A stretch of 64,000 bases of DNA, taken from sequence record NC_048748.1; one strand, given 5' to 3'. The position numbers were made by a program, and so were the translations under genes. Numbering within the stretch: position 1 is the first letter of the stretch; each line of letters starts with the position of its first letter. The notes beneath the pieces were generated by a model. That model was not told the DNA's origin, searched no databases, and worked only from the letters and a program-made list of their open reading frames with translations. The stretch is from Escherichia phage vB_EcoS_HdH2. Of the stretch, positions 44,801-54,449 are shown in pieces.

Positions 44801-46619
44801 GACACTAAAATTTAGTAACGTTATGTCTTACGGTAAGGACATCGTAATTCATTTCGATAAGAATCCAGTTACTCAACTAATTGGTGGCAATGGGCTAGGG
44901 AAATCCACCATCGCTACGGTTATCGAGGAATTGTTTTATAACAAGAACTCACGTGGTATTAAGAAAGATGCTCTGTTCTCTTGGAATGCCCCTAAGAAAG
45001 AATACGATATGCACGCTTACTTTTCAAAAGATGATGATGAGTATGAGCTGCATAAAGTAGTTAAGTCAACTGCTAAAGTAACGTTGATTAAGAATGGGGA
45101 AGATATTAGTGGACATACGGCAACCCAAACATACAAGATAATTGAAGAGATTATGGGTGGTGACTTTCAAACATTCACCAAACTGATTTATCAATCAGTG
45201 GGTTCCAACCTAGATTTTCTAAAAGCAACAGATGCAACACGTAAGGCTTTTCTTGTTAACTTGTTCAATCAAGAGCAATACAAAGAAATGTCGGAAACTG
45301 TTAAGGCTGACCGTAAAGAAATAGCAAATACCTTAAATAATTTGCAGGGCCAGATGGCTGTAATTACGAAAATCCTTAATGGGAAAAATAATCTCGGGAG
45401 TTTACAGGAACCGGTTGAAGTTCCTGAGTTTGATGAAGAACCATTAGCACAAGAACTTACTGAATCGAAAATTAAGGCGGCATTAGCCAAGTCTCAAGAG
45501 GCTAATATTACTAAATTGCGTAATTTGGACAAAGCTGTACAAGTTGCCGAACAATCTTTCGAGCCTTTCAAAAATTTGCCCGCGCCCACTGACCAAAACG
45601 AAGAGATCTCAAGTGTTACGCGTGACCTAACGATTGTGACCTCACGTGCGGGCGAAGTTAAGAAACGTTATCAGAAGTTCAAGCAAGAAGCTTCAAATAC
45701 TGAATGCCCTACTTGTGGTACTCATCTGGATACAACTGCTGCTCAAAAAGCAATGGATATGGCTAGAATAGAATATGATCCTCTGTTCAAAGAGAAGCAA
45801 TCTCTTGAAGCTAAGCTAGAACAGTTGAAGAAAGAACAACTTGAGTACGTTGCGTATACTAGAGCAAAGGATGCTTTGGATAAAGCGGTGGTAGCTAGAG
45901 ACGAGTTCAAAAATTCAATGAGTGATGCTTCTTTTGAAGAACTCAATGTGCAAATCCTACAGGTGCAAATCCGACAATTAGAACAGGCAATCGCTGATGG
46001 ACGTTCTAAGGTTGCAATTGCCAAAGAGCATAATGCAAATGTCGAATTAGCTAATGCAAAATATAAAGCGAAAATAGAACAGATTGAGAAAGCTGAAGCA
46101 GAAATGTCTGAGATTACTTCCAAACTGAATGGAGTATCAGAAGCTGTAGCTGATCTTGATATTCTAATTGCTGCTTTGAAAAATCTGGTGGGATATAAAT
46201 TAGAGCATAGTGTGAAAGTATTTGAAGAACTAATTAATAAATACCTTTCCATTATGACTGGAGGTAAATTCGCACTTGGATTTGAACTTGATGAAACAAA
46301 ATTACAAGTAGTAATCTTCAATGATGGAAACCGTACCAGTATGGAGAACTGCTCTACTGGTCAGCAAAGTCGAATTAATCTAGCAACATTGTTAGCGATT
46401 CGTATGCTGTTAACATCTATTAGTAAAGTTAATATTAATCTTCTATTCCTTGATGAAGTAATTAGCTTTATTGATACGAAAGGACTTGATACTCTCGTTG
46501 AACTATTAAATGAGGAAGAAAGTCTAAATTCTATCATTGTTTCTCATGGGCATACGCATCCATTAGCTCATAAGATTACTGTCAAAAAAGATGCAGAAGG
46601 ATTTTCCTACTTAGAATAA
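44781..46619 (+). CDS. Rad50/SbcC-like ATPase with zinc-hook coiled coil
   Basis: Walker A GGNGLGKST, CPTCG hook inside a long coiled coil, signature STGQQSR, Walker B LLFLDEV; start at ATG (MSKITIK) overlapping the Mre11-like gene. Confidence 0.75.
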   Translation: MSKITIKTLKFSNVMSYGKDIVIHFDKNPVTQLIGGNGLGKSTIATVIEELFYNKNSRGIKKDALFSWNAPKKEYDMHAYFSKDDDEYELHKVVKSTAKVTLIKNGEDISGHTATQTYKIIEEIMGGDFQTFTKLIYQSVGSNLDFLKATDATRKAFLVNLFNQEQYKEMSETVKADRKEIANTLNNLQGQMAVITKILNGKNNLGSLQEPVEVPEFDEEPLAQELTESKIKAALAKSQEANITKLRNLDKAVQVAEQSFEPFKNLPAPTDQNEEISSVTRDLTIVTSRAGEVKKRYQKFKQEASNTECPTCGTHLDTTAAQKAMDMARIEYDPLFKEKQSLEAKLEQLKKEQLEYVAYTRAKDALDKAVVARDEFKNSMSDASFEELNVQILQVQIRQLEQAIADGRSKVAIAKEHNANVELANAKYKAKIEQIEKAEAEMSEITSKLNGVSEAVADLDILIAALKNLVGYKLEHSVKVFEELINKYLSIMTGGKFALGFELDETKLQVVIFNDGNRTSMENCSTGQQSRINLATLLAIRMLLTSISKVNINLLFLDEVISFIDTKGLDTLVELLNEEESLNSIIVSHGHTHPLAHKITVKKDAEGFSYLE

Positions 46620-46622
46620 AAC

Positions 46623-47105
46623 ATGGCTGTAGATAGTAGAGAGAAAGGTAAACGTGGTGAATATCAGGTAAGAGATATTCTACGTGAGCGTACAGGTCTT
46701 GAGTGGGAACGTGTTCCTGGCTCTGGTGCTTTTGGCCAGAGCCACGGACTGAAGGGTGACATCTACCTTCCACCACAAAGCGGACACATTAGTAAATACT
46801 GCTTCGAGGTTAAGTGGTATAAAGATGATAATATATCAAGTAATTTATTTAATGTTGGTGAATCCACTCTAGAGAAGTGGTGGCAGCAGTGCTCACGTGA
46901 AGGTGAGCAGATGAACTCCAAACCTGCATTAATATTCAAGAAAGACAGAGGACAGTGGTTAATAGCTTTGGATAGCTCAGACCCGATGGTTGACAACTTA
47001 ATGAGTCGTACCCATATGGTGTTAAATAAGAAAGACATGGAAATCGTAATTGGTTTATTTGAGCCATGGCTACATCATGCATCTGTTGAGGACTTAATTA
47101 AATAA
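46623..47105 (+). CDS. PD-(D/E)xK nuclease-fold protein, possible Hjc-like Holliday-junction resolvase
   Basis: Pattern KGKRGEYQVRDIL...GSGAFGQ...GDIYL...CFEVKW resembles the Hjc catalytic core. Confidence 0.45.
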   Translation: MAVDSREKGKRGEYQVRDILRERTGLEWERVPGSGAFGQSHGLKGDIYLPPQSGHISKYCFEVKWYKDDNISSNLFNVGESTLEKWWQQCSREGEQMNSKPALIFKKDRGQWLIALDSSDPMVDNLMSRTHMVLNKKDMEIVIGLFEPWLHHASVEDLIK

Positions 47106-47980
47106 TGAGTAAATCCTGGGGAAAATTTATTGAAGAAGAGGAAGCTGAAATGGCTTCCCGTCGTAACCTAATGATTGTCGATGGAACTAACTTAGGCTTT
47201 CGCTTCAAACATAACAACAGTAAAAAACCATTTGCCTCAAGTTATGTTTCCACTATTCAGTCTCTAGCAAAATCTTATTCTGCTAGAACTACAATAGTTT
47301 TAGGGGATAAAGGGAAGTCTGCATTCCGCTTAGAGCATCTCCCCGAGTATAAGGGAAATCGAGATGAGAAATACTCACAGCGTACGGAAGAGGAGAAAGC
47401 GCTAGATGAGCAGTTCTTTGAGTATTTAAAGGATGCTTTCGAATTATGTGAAACTACATTCCCAACTTTCACTATTCGTGGTGTAGAAGCAGACGACATG
47501 GCAGCTTATATTGTTAAGCTCATCGGGCATCTATATGATCACGTTTGGTTGATTTCTACTGACGGTGACTGGGATACCTTATTAACTGATAAAGTTTCTC
47601 GCTTCTCTTTCACAACACGTCGTGAATATCATCTTCGTGATATGTACGAGCATCATAATGTTGACGATGTAGAGCAGTTTATCTCTCTGAAAGCAATTAT
47701 GGGTGATTTAGGGGATAATATCCGAGGTGTTGAAGGTATTGGGGCAAAACGCGGTTATAACATTATTCGTGAATTCGGTAACGTTCTGGATATTATTGAT
47801 CAGCTCCCATTGCCTGGAAAACAGAAATATATACAAAATTTAAATGCTTCGGAAGAGTTGCTTTATCGAAACCTAATTCTGGTTGATTTACCTACCTACT
47901 GTGTGGATGCTATTGCTGCTGTAGGTCAAGATGTATTAGATAAGTTTACAAAAGATATTTTGGAGATTGCAGAACAATGA
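47105..47980 (+). CDS. D15: flap endonuclease / 5'-3' exonuclease (T5 D15-like, 291 aa)
   Basis: FEN motifs (MIVDGTNLGFR, GVEADD, ISTDGDWD, GIGAKRG); length and N-terminus match recalled T5 5'-exonuclease. Confidence 0.85.
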   Translation: MSKSWGKFIEEEEAEMASRRNLMIVDGTNLGFRFKHNNSKKPFASSYVSTIQSLAKSYSARTTIVLGDKGKSAFRLEHLPEYKGNRDEKYSQRTEEEKALDEQFFEYLKDAFELCETTFPTFTIRGVEADDMAAYIVKLIGHLYDHVWLISTDGDWDTLLTDKVSRFSFTTRREYHLRDMYEHHNVDDVEQFISLKAIMGDLGDNIRGVEGIGAKRGYNIIREFGNVLDIIDQLPLPGKQKYIQNLNASEELLYRNLILVDLPTYCVDAIAAVGQDVLDKFTKDILEIAEQ

Positions 47981-48423
47981 TTAAAATTAAATTAACTCAT
48001 CCAGATTGTATGCCTAAGATTGGTTCCGAGGATGCCGCAGGTATGGATCTGCGAGCATTCTTTGGTACTAACCCTGCTGCAGATTTACGAGCTATTGCAC
48101 CAGGTAAATCTCTAATGATTGACACCGGTGTCGCGGTGGAAATTCCGCGAGGTTGGTTCGGTTTGGTAGTTCCACGTAGTTCTTTAGGTAAACGCCATCT
48201 GATAATTGCAAATACCGCAGGGGTGATCGACTCAGATTATCGTGGAACTATTAAGATGAACCTGTTTAACTACGGTTCTGAAATTCAAACATTAGAAAAT
48301 TTCGAGAGACTTTGTCAACTAGTAGTAGTACCACACTACTCAACTCATAATTTTGAAATCGTTGATAAACTAGAGGAGACTGATCGTGGAGAAGGTGGAT
48401 TTGGAAGCTCAGGAAGTAAGTAA
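47977..48423 (+). CDS. dut: dUTPase
   Basis: dUTPase motifs (AGMDLRA, PRSSLG, GVIDSDYRG, GGFGSSG). Confidence 0.8.
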   Translation: MIKIKLTHPDCMPKIGSEDAAGMDLRAFFGTNPAADLRAIAPGKSLMIDTGVAVEIPRGWFGLVVPRSSLGKRHLIIANTAGVIDSDYRGTIKMNLFNYGSEIQTLENFERLCQLVVVPHYSTHNFEIVDKLEETDRGEGGFGSSGSK

Positions 48424-48658
48424 TTTTACTGATCCTAATGGAGTAGGCCTAGACTTAGCTGAACCTACTAATTTCTATCATGTGGCTGTTGCTCAGCCTG
48501 ATCTTAACAAAATTGTACTTAAAGTCGATATGTTTGGTAATGTGGAACAGTGGGATGAGGAAGGATTCTTGAACCTATGTAATGAGTCTCAAGATCCAAC
48601 TCTCAAAGCCATGTTAGCCGTGTATAACTTAGGTATTATCAAAGGAAGTAAAGATTAA
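48386..48658 (+). CDS. hypothetical protein (about 90 aa)
   Basis: ORF overlapping the dut 3' end, last gene before the bidirectional terminator. Confidence 0.4.
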   Translation: MEKVDLEAQEVSNFTDPNGVGLDLAEPTNFYHVAVAQPDLNKIVLKVDMFGNVEQWDEEGFLNLCNESQDPTLKAMLAVYNLGIIKGSKD

Positions 48659-48662
48659 TAAA

Positions 48663-48695
48663 AACCCCAGTGGATTGTCCACTGGGGTTTTCTTT
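48663..48695. terminator. bidirectional rho-independent terminator between the convergent replication and tail modules
   Basis: Hairpin CCCCAGTGGA-TTG-TCCACTGGGG flanked by AAAAA on one side and TTTTCTTTT on the other. Confidence 0.7.
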
Positions 48696-50938
48696 TACTT
48701 AGCCTTTAACTCAGCTATCTGAAGTTTTAGCTCCTCTATCTGATTGCTTAGATTTTGAATTGCCGCTAGAGCATCTAATAGAAGCACATTCTCATCTAGG
48801 GCCAGAGAAGTAGAACCGTCGGAAGATTCGTATTTTCTTACATATTGACTATCAATCTCCTCTAGTTGTTGCGCGATAAAACCTCTACGTACCTGATTCC
48901 CTTTATCATATATGTACTTAAATGAGGTATACTCCATCTGCTTAATATTCTCCAGAGCAATGGAAGTACTTAAGGATTCAATATCCTTTTTCTTATTACG
49001 ATCTGAAACTGGGGACTTACTAAATATATAGTTAACAGTACCTGCATTATCACCAAAAGTAATATCATAACTAGTACCATTAAAGATAGTATTTCTAACA
49101 GCGTTACCACTAGGGGATTCCCCCGTACTAAGATCGTAATCCCAGCATTGCGTAAGCATTGCATTTGGGTGGGCGTTAATATCACTCCCCATAGTAAGTG
49201 TACCTAGAGCCGTATAGCTTCTCCAAGCGCCTCCAGGCCCTCCTGTACCTCCACCAACAATAGGGACAAAAGCTCCATAGAGGGAAGTATTCCACCAATC
49301 TTGTGCTCTAAAAGGAGTGTACCCATAAGCTAAAGGAGTTGCAGAACCCCCTGTAGCTCTTCCCAGTCTAATTGCACCGTCTAACCCGAAATTAAAGTGG
49401 GCCACATCTATCTCACTTACTAATTGGTTTTCTACAGCTATAACACCCACTAAGTTTCGTGCATAGGCACCTTGAGCATACATACGCATCCTATAGGCAT
49501 CTGTTGTACCCACTCTGTATTGAGAGGTTAGTTTACCACCTAATACAGTTGTACTAACTGCAGGAGCCGAGGCATCAGCATTAATAGAAGAAAAGTCTGT
49601 ATTAGCAGCATTAAAAGAACCATTAGCACGGATAATCCAAATACCTGTTGCATGGTTAGGGTATAGGTCACCAATAGGGCCAGTACCGCCGGGGTCTGAT
49701 TGGTAAGCAGGACCACGTCCATATGTCTTGTTACTTCTAGAGGCCGAAAATCCTAAGTGGTCTCCCTTATCTGAACCTCCTACAGTAAAGGAACTACCTG
49801 TATCTTGAGCATTTAAATAAAAAGCCCCCATGGCATCTGCAGCATCAGCGTTACTACCATGAGTATAGAAAGTACCAGTAATATTGGGGGCAGTCTGATT
49901 CCACACCTGATTAGCAGACGGTTCATTAGTGGCTCCAGAACTACCAGATAAGAATAGATGCTTAATACTATTTAACTGTGTACCATTAAGATCAGGAACT
50001 CGGAAAGTAGTAGAACCATCACCAGTAGAGTAGGAAGCTCTCCAAGCGCTAGGTCTATTAGGATCCCCACTATTAATCCATAAAGCGTCGGAAACAGCGT
50101 AAAATAGACCACTAGATACCGCAGACCATAGATCTGCTGTTTTAGCATCAGTACGGCTAACTAACTGACCATCTGCTGGTATATAGCCGGCTGGCAGGTT
50201 AGTACGGTTACCATTGAACCATTCAACAGCACCAATACGGTTATTCATAACTCCACTCATGCTAGCACCACCTCCTCCTGAGATATTAGCTAGCTGACGA
50301 ACAGTAACAGCATCATAAGGTGCTTGACCATCGGCGGCTAATGCTAGAGGTTTACCATCTAGCAGCTTAGTTAAGGCCTCCGCAGGAGTACTAGCACCGG
50401 TACCACCAGATTGAATAGGTAAAGGTATAAATGTACCAGAAGCTGTGCTATAAACTCCCCATGTAGTACCTTCACCAACAGTAAGATAGTTTGTCGCATA
50501 AGGACTATATACTAGAGTTTCACCGGGGAACTGCTTAAACCTATTAAGCTCTAAGTTAGCTCTAGCATTTTCCGCAGTGCTAGCCCCTGTACCACCCTGA
50601 GCAACCGTAATAGCCTTAGTAAGTGCGTTTAGTTCAGTAATATCGTTATTAGCACCTTTAGCAGCTTTAGTGTTAAGAGTACTATTAATACTACCAATTG
50701 CAGTATTAATATTCCCAATAGCATCAGTGTTACTTTTGATAGAGCTATCAATACCAGTTAAACGCGTATTAAGTTCTTGCTGATCTAAGTTATATTTAGA
50801 AATTTGTAGATATTTGGATGTTAGTACGACAGCACCAGCTTCTCCATCAACAGAGAAAACGCCGGCAACTGCGGCGTCTCTATTAACTACAACATAGGGG
50901 GCCATAGCCCCACTTTTTGGCATTAAATTACGTGACAT
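48695..50938 (-). CDS. ltfB: L-shaped tail fibre protein, second gene (LtfB-like) with C-terminal intramolecular chaperone domain
   Basis: Gly/Thr/Ser-rich fibre repeats; C-terminus has a chaperone-domain-like segment paralogous to that of the upstream gene. Confidence 0.6.
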   Translation of the reverse strand: MSRNLMPKSGAMAPYVVVNRDAAVAGVFSVDGEAGAVVLTSKYLQISKYNLDQQELNTRLTGIDSSIKSNTDAIGNINTAIGSINSTLNTKAAKGANNDITELNALTKAITVAQGGTGASTAENARANLELNRFKQFPGETLVYSPYATNYLTVGEGTTWGVYSTASGTFIPLPIQSGGTGASTPAEALTKLLDGKPLALAADGQAPYDAVTVRQLANISGGGGASMSGVMNNRIGAVEWFNGNRTNLPAGYIPADGQLVSRTDAKTADLWSAVSSGLFYAVSDALWINSGDPNRPSAWRASYSTGDGSTTFRVPDLNGTQLNSIKHLFLSGSSGATNEPSANQVWNQTAPNITGTFYTHGSNADAADAMGAFYLNAQDTGSSFTVGGSDKGDHLGFSASRSNKTYGRGPAYQSDPGGTGPIGDLYPNHATGIWIIRANGSFNAANTDFSSINADASAPAVSTTVLGGKLTSQYRVGTTDAYRMRMYAQGAYARNLVGVIAVENQLVSEIDVAHFNFGLDGAIRLGRATGGSATPLAYGYTPFRAQDWWNTSLYGAFVPIVGGGTGGPGGAWRSYTALGTLTMGSDINAHPNAMLTQCWDYDLSTGESPSGNAVRNTIFNGTSYDITFGDNAGTVNYIFSKSPVSDRNKKKDIESLSTSIALENIKQMEYTSFKYIYDKGNQVRRGFIAQQLEEIDSQYVRKYESSDGSTSLALDENVLLLDALAAIQNLSNQIEELKLQIAELKAK

Positions 50939-53900
50939 TAACTAGTACCTTTCATTTTGTCTAACTCTGCTTCTATATTTGATAATCTAGTCATCAAATC
51001 AAGCTTTTCGTTAATGTTGTCAATAACAGTGGACATCTCCTGTAATTTAGTCTCAAGAGACTTATTTCTTTCAGATAATACTTTAATAGCAGCTAAAGCA
51101 TCCATTAATAATGGGTTGGTATCTAGAGTTAAAGTAATATCGTCAGTTTCAGGGTTGCCAACAGATTTAACATATTGAGGATCAATCAACTCTAATTGTT
51201 GTGCAATAACACCACGTCTAATATTCTTTTTCTTATCAAACTTATATGTGAATTTCTTGAACTCCATTTTTTCAATATTTTCAAGAGATTCTTCACCCGA
51301 TACGTCCTGAATATTATCTTTTAAATTGATATCAGATACCGCATTTTTAGTATAAGTAAAGTTAAAGACAACGTTATCATAGTCTGATCCCCATCCGTTA
51401 ATATCCCCTGACATGTGGAACTGGTAGGTGCATGCCCAATTAGAGTCCCCGCGCAGTCTAAATACATAGGCAGGCCAAGCAGTAGGGCCACTGGCTATTA
51501 ATCCAGTAGTAGCCCTCATCGGGTAACCACCTGTAGATTGAGTTCTGGCACTAATAATAGGCACAAACCCGTGATCATTATCTACTACATCAGAAGCTTG
51601 AAAAGGAGCGAAGAAACCAAATGAATCCCCATCCCAGGGTTTCTGGTATCCTTGAGTATGCATGCGCTCTGCATTCCAAGCCCCGGAATCCATATACAGA
51701 TTAGCATATTTAGTAGCAGTAAAGGAACCGTCTGCAGTACGTCTATAGGCAGCTATCGTAGCTCTTTCAGTAAGAGATTGGCCATAATTACCTTCTGAGT
51801 AAAATAGCGCTTCTAAACGAGGTGTGTCTGGATCCACCGAGTTATCCAACTGGACTTGTGCAGAAAAAACCTCCGATCCTATGTAAGATCCCGCCGAAGG
51901 AACCGCGTGGTATTTACGGGAAATAACACCACCATTCTTAATATTAATAGGCCAACCTTCCAGATTACGTAGCTGAGTAATATCGAAGTTAATACCAGCA
52001 CTTGCAGCCTCTAGGTTTTTTCTAGCTTGAGCTGGCTCAGTAGCTCCAGTACCCCCATGCTCAACAGGTAAAGATACCCACTTGTTCTCAGAATGGTCGT
52101 ATACTCCCCAGTTTTTAGTGTCTTGGACCATAAACACTATATTTTGATCCTGAGAGGTTATATGTGTTCCTCCTTCTAGCTGCTTTACTCTATCCACTTC
52201 TAGGTTAGTTTTGGCGGAACTAACTGTAGAAGCTCCTGTCCCTCCTTTAGCTAGACTTAAGACACCTTGAGTATCACCATTTAGATCTGGCTTGTTAACA
52301 GTACCATAAAGAATATTAGTATGAACAATAGGGTTTTCACTATCTAAACCAGCATCATTGATTGCAGCTACAAATACTGCGGCACTACCATACCCAGCAC
52401 AGATAAATGAATTAGTATCTGCTACCCTAGAGTAGAAACCTGCAGAATACGAGGGCAAGCCCTCAACTCCAGTATCATTGCGATAATATCCAGAACCAAA
52501 AGCTCTCATAGCTTTAAAGAAGGATACTAGATCTGGCTCATTTAACGTAATACCAGCACCACCTAAGCCAAAAGCACCGCGAAGTAGAACTTCCCCATCA
52601 GTACCATTCCAAGCATTCTTAGTAACAACGTTACCTAGTGCTAGGTTACCATTCTCGTCTGGTATAATAGTTCCATTAACCATAGCCACGTAAGGGAGCT
52701 TAATAGCTCCAGTATCGTCAGCAGGACTAATCCCATTCACAGTGGTAATATAAGGAATTTGTTCTTTGATAGCACCAGCATCTTCTTCACCCTTAGTTGG
52801 TGCACGGAATGCCTGTCCCTGCATCATATCTGGTAGACGGAAAGTAGTAGTACCATTACCAGTGGAGAAATAGAGAGTTGCACCTGCTTGCCATTGTTCT
52901 TCGGTAACAGAAGGGATTAAGCCAGCCTCAATAGCTTCCCAAGTATCTGGGTAGTCTACACGAAGAACTTCACGACCATCAGCAGGAAGAACACCAGGGT
53001 AGCCAACACCTGAATCTTTATCATAAGGGAACCAAGTAACTTCACCCAGCCATAAAGAGGGGTTACCACCAGGAAGAGTAATCTGTACGTTACCTGCGTC
53101 ATCTGCACGAACGTTGTTAATAGAAACTAGCTTTTGCTCTGTCTCTACTAACTCTAATACTGGAGTCTCAGCAGTTCCAGCTACTTTGTACCAACCGTAC
53201 TTTGAATCAGTTTGATTCCATACTAAAATCTTTTCACCTAATACACGACTAGATACATCTGCATCAGCTTCAGCTTTAGTTTTATATACTTTGATAAATC
53301 CAGAAATATCTTCTTTATCAAGTTTAGTGTCTACTATTTGAGCAGCACGATCAGCTTCTGCTTTAGCGCGATTAGCCTCAGTAGTTGCATTTCCTGCCTG
53401 ATTAGTGGCTTCACCCTCAGATGCAGCAGCATTAATCTCAGACGTTTTAGCATTTAATTCCGATTGCTTAGCAGCAGCAGCATGTTCTCCAGCAGTTGTA
53501 GCAGAATTAGCAGCTTTTATTTCGGAAGAGGCGGTTCTTTTCTCAGCAGCTTCTGCACCAGTTTGGGCTGTCTGTGCAGCTATTTTAGCCTGTTCAGCTA
53601 ATAAACGACTTTGTTCAGCATTCTGCGCTGCCAATTCGGCAGAGTCTCTAAATCCCTTTGATTCTTGCGCAGAAGCTGCAGAATTATCTGCACTGCTTTG
53701 GGCTAATCCCGCCTGTTTTTCTGACTCAGTAGCAGAGGCAGCAGATTGAGTTGCTGAAGCTTCGGAAGCACCAGCATGAATACCTGCCTGAATCTCTGAA
53801 TCTTTAGCTTTATTTTCAGAGTCTTTAGCTGCTATTTCAGAACCTTTAGCAGCAGCAGCGGATCCTGCAGCGGCCTCTACAGCAGCAGTTAATTCACCAG

Positions 53901-54021
53901 CAGTAATAGAACTAATAGAATTACCTAAAACTACTGTATATTTAGGATACTTACTAGCAGTAGTTGTAGTATCATCTATGTTCAGAATCTGCTGTACAAT
54001 AATTTTAGTTTTAAGTGCCAT
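50938..54021 (-). CDS. ltfA: L-shaped tail fibre protein, first gene (LtfA/pb1-like) with C-terminal intramolecular chaperone domain
   Basis: N-terminus [41 protein letters not shown] matches recalled T5 pb1; Ala-rich coiled coil; C-terminal chaperone-like segment. Confidence 0.7.
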   Translation of the reverse strand: MALKTKIIVQQILNIDDTTTTASKYPKYTVVLGNSISSITAGELTAAVEAAAGSAAAAKGSEIAAKDSENKAKDSEIQAGIHAGASEASATQSAASATESEKQAGLAQSSADNSAASAQESKGFRDSAELAAQNAEQSRLLAEQAKIAAQTAQTGAEAAEKRTASSEIKAANSATTAGEHAAAAKQSELNAKTSEINAAASEGEATNQAGNATTEANRAKAEADRAAQIVDTKLDKEDISGFIKVYKTKAEADADVSSRVLGEKILVWNQTDSKYGWYKVAGTAETPVLELVETEQKLVSINNVRADDAGNVQITLPGGNPSLWLGEVTWFPYDKDSGVGYPGVLPADGREVLRVDYPDTWEAIEAGLIPSVTEEQWQAGATLYFSTGNGTTTFRLPDMMQGQAFRAPTKGEEDAGAIKEQIPYITTVNGISPADDTGAIKLPYVAMVNGTIIPDENGNLALGNVVTKNAWNGTDGEVLLRGAFGLGGAGITLNEPDLVSFFKAMRAFGSGYYRNDTGVEGLPSYSAGFYSRVADTNSFICAGYGSAAVFVAAINDAGLDSENPIVHTNILYGTVNKPDLNGDTQGVLSLAKGGTGASTVSSAKTNLEVDRVKQLEGGTHITSQDQNIVFMVQDTKNWGVYDHSENKWVSLPVEHGGTGATEPAQARKNLEAASAGINFDITQLRNLEGWPINIKNGGVISRKYHAVPSAGSYIGSEVFSAQVQLDNSVDPDTPRLEALFYSEGNYGQSLTERATIAAYRRTADGSFTATKYANLYMDSGAWNAERMHTQGYQKPWDGDSFGFFAPFQASDVVDNDHGFVPIISARTQSTGGYPMRATTGLIASGPTAWPAYVFRLRGDSNWACTYQFHMSGDINGWGSDYDNVVFNFTYTKNAVSDINLKDNIQDVSGEESLENIEKMEFKKFTYKFDKKKNIRRGVIAQQLELIDPQYVKSVGNPETDDITLTLDTNPLLMDALAAIKVLSERNKSLETKLQEMSTVIDNINEKLDLMTRLSNIEAELDKMKGTS

Positions 54022-54443
54022 TATTGAGTTACTCCATCGCTGATGTATACTTTACCTTCCATAATACGGAAAGAACTGACTTCAGAGCCAATTACATCAC
54101 GAGTCATTAGGATATCATAATAACCAGCAAAGCGTTGTCTTGGGTTATACTTATCACGTTCTTTAGATGCTTTTTCACCAATATTAGTAACGTCTGCAAC
54201 GGAAAGACTAATTGCAGCAGCACCTTGAGCAGCATCAATAACGCGAGTTTTAAAGTTAGCTAGAACTTCGGCGTTCTCGTCTAAGCTAGACTTAATAGTT
54301 CCTCGGAGTGAATATCCGGTTAAGTTAACAGGAACTTCTGTTGGTGGATACACACTATCATCAACATCCATAAATTGCATGATAAGACCATAAGGTACTT
54401 TTTCATCAATAACAATATCAATAACTCTATTTTCAGTACTCAT
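54021..54443 (-). CDS. hypothetical tail-module protein (140 aa)
   Basis: ORF between the pb4-like and ltfA genes in the late operon. Confidence 0.5.
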   Translation of the reverse strand: MSTENRVIDIVIDEKVPYGLIMQFMDVDDSVYPPTEVPVNLTGYSLRGTIKSSLDENAEVLANFKTRVIDAAQGAAAISLSVADVTNIGEKASKERDKYNPRQRFAGYYDILMTRDVIGSEVSSFRIMEGKVYISDGVTQ

Positions 54444-54449
54444 TATTTA

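Noticed and set aside
45743-46321. Antisense ORF (192 aa, Ser/Cys-rich) inside the Rad50-like gene
   Set aside because: Opposite strand of a strongly supported gene with conserved ATPase motifs; low-complexity translation.
53405-53749. Antisense ORF (114 aa, Ala-rich) inside the ltfA gene
   Set aside because: Reverse-frame artefact of the GCN-rich coiled-coil region of the fibre gene.
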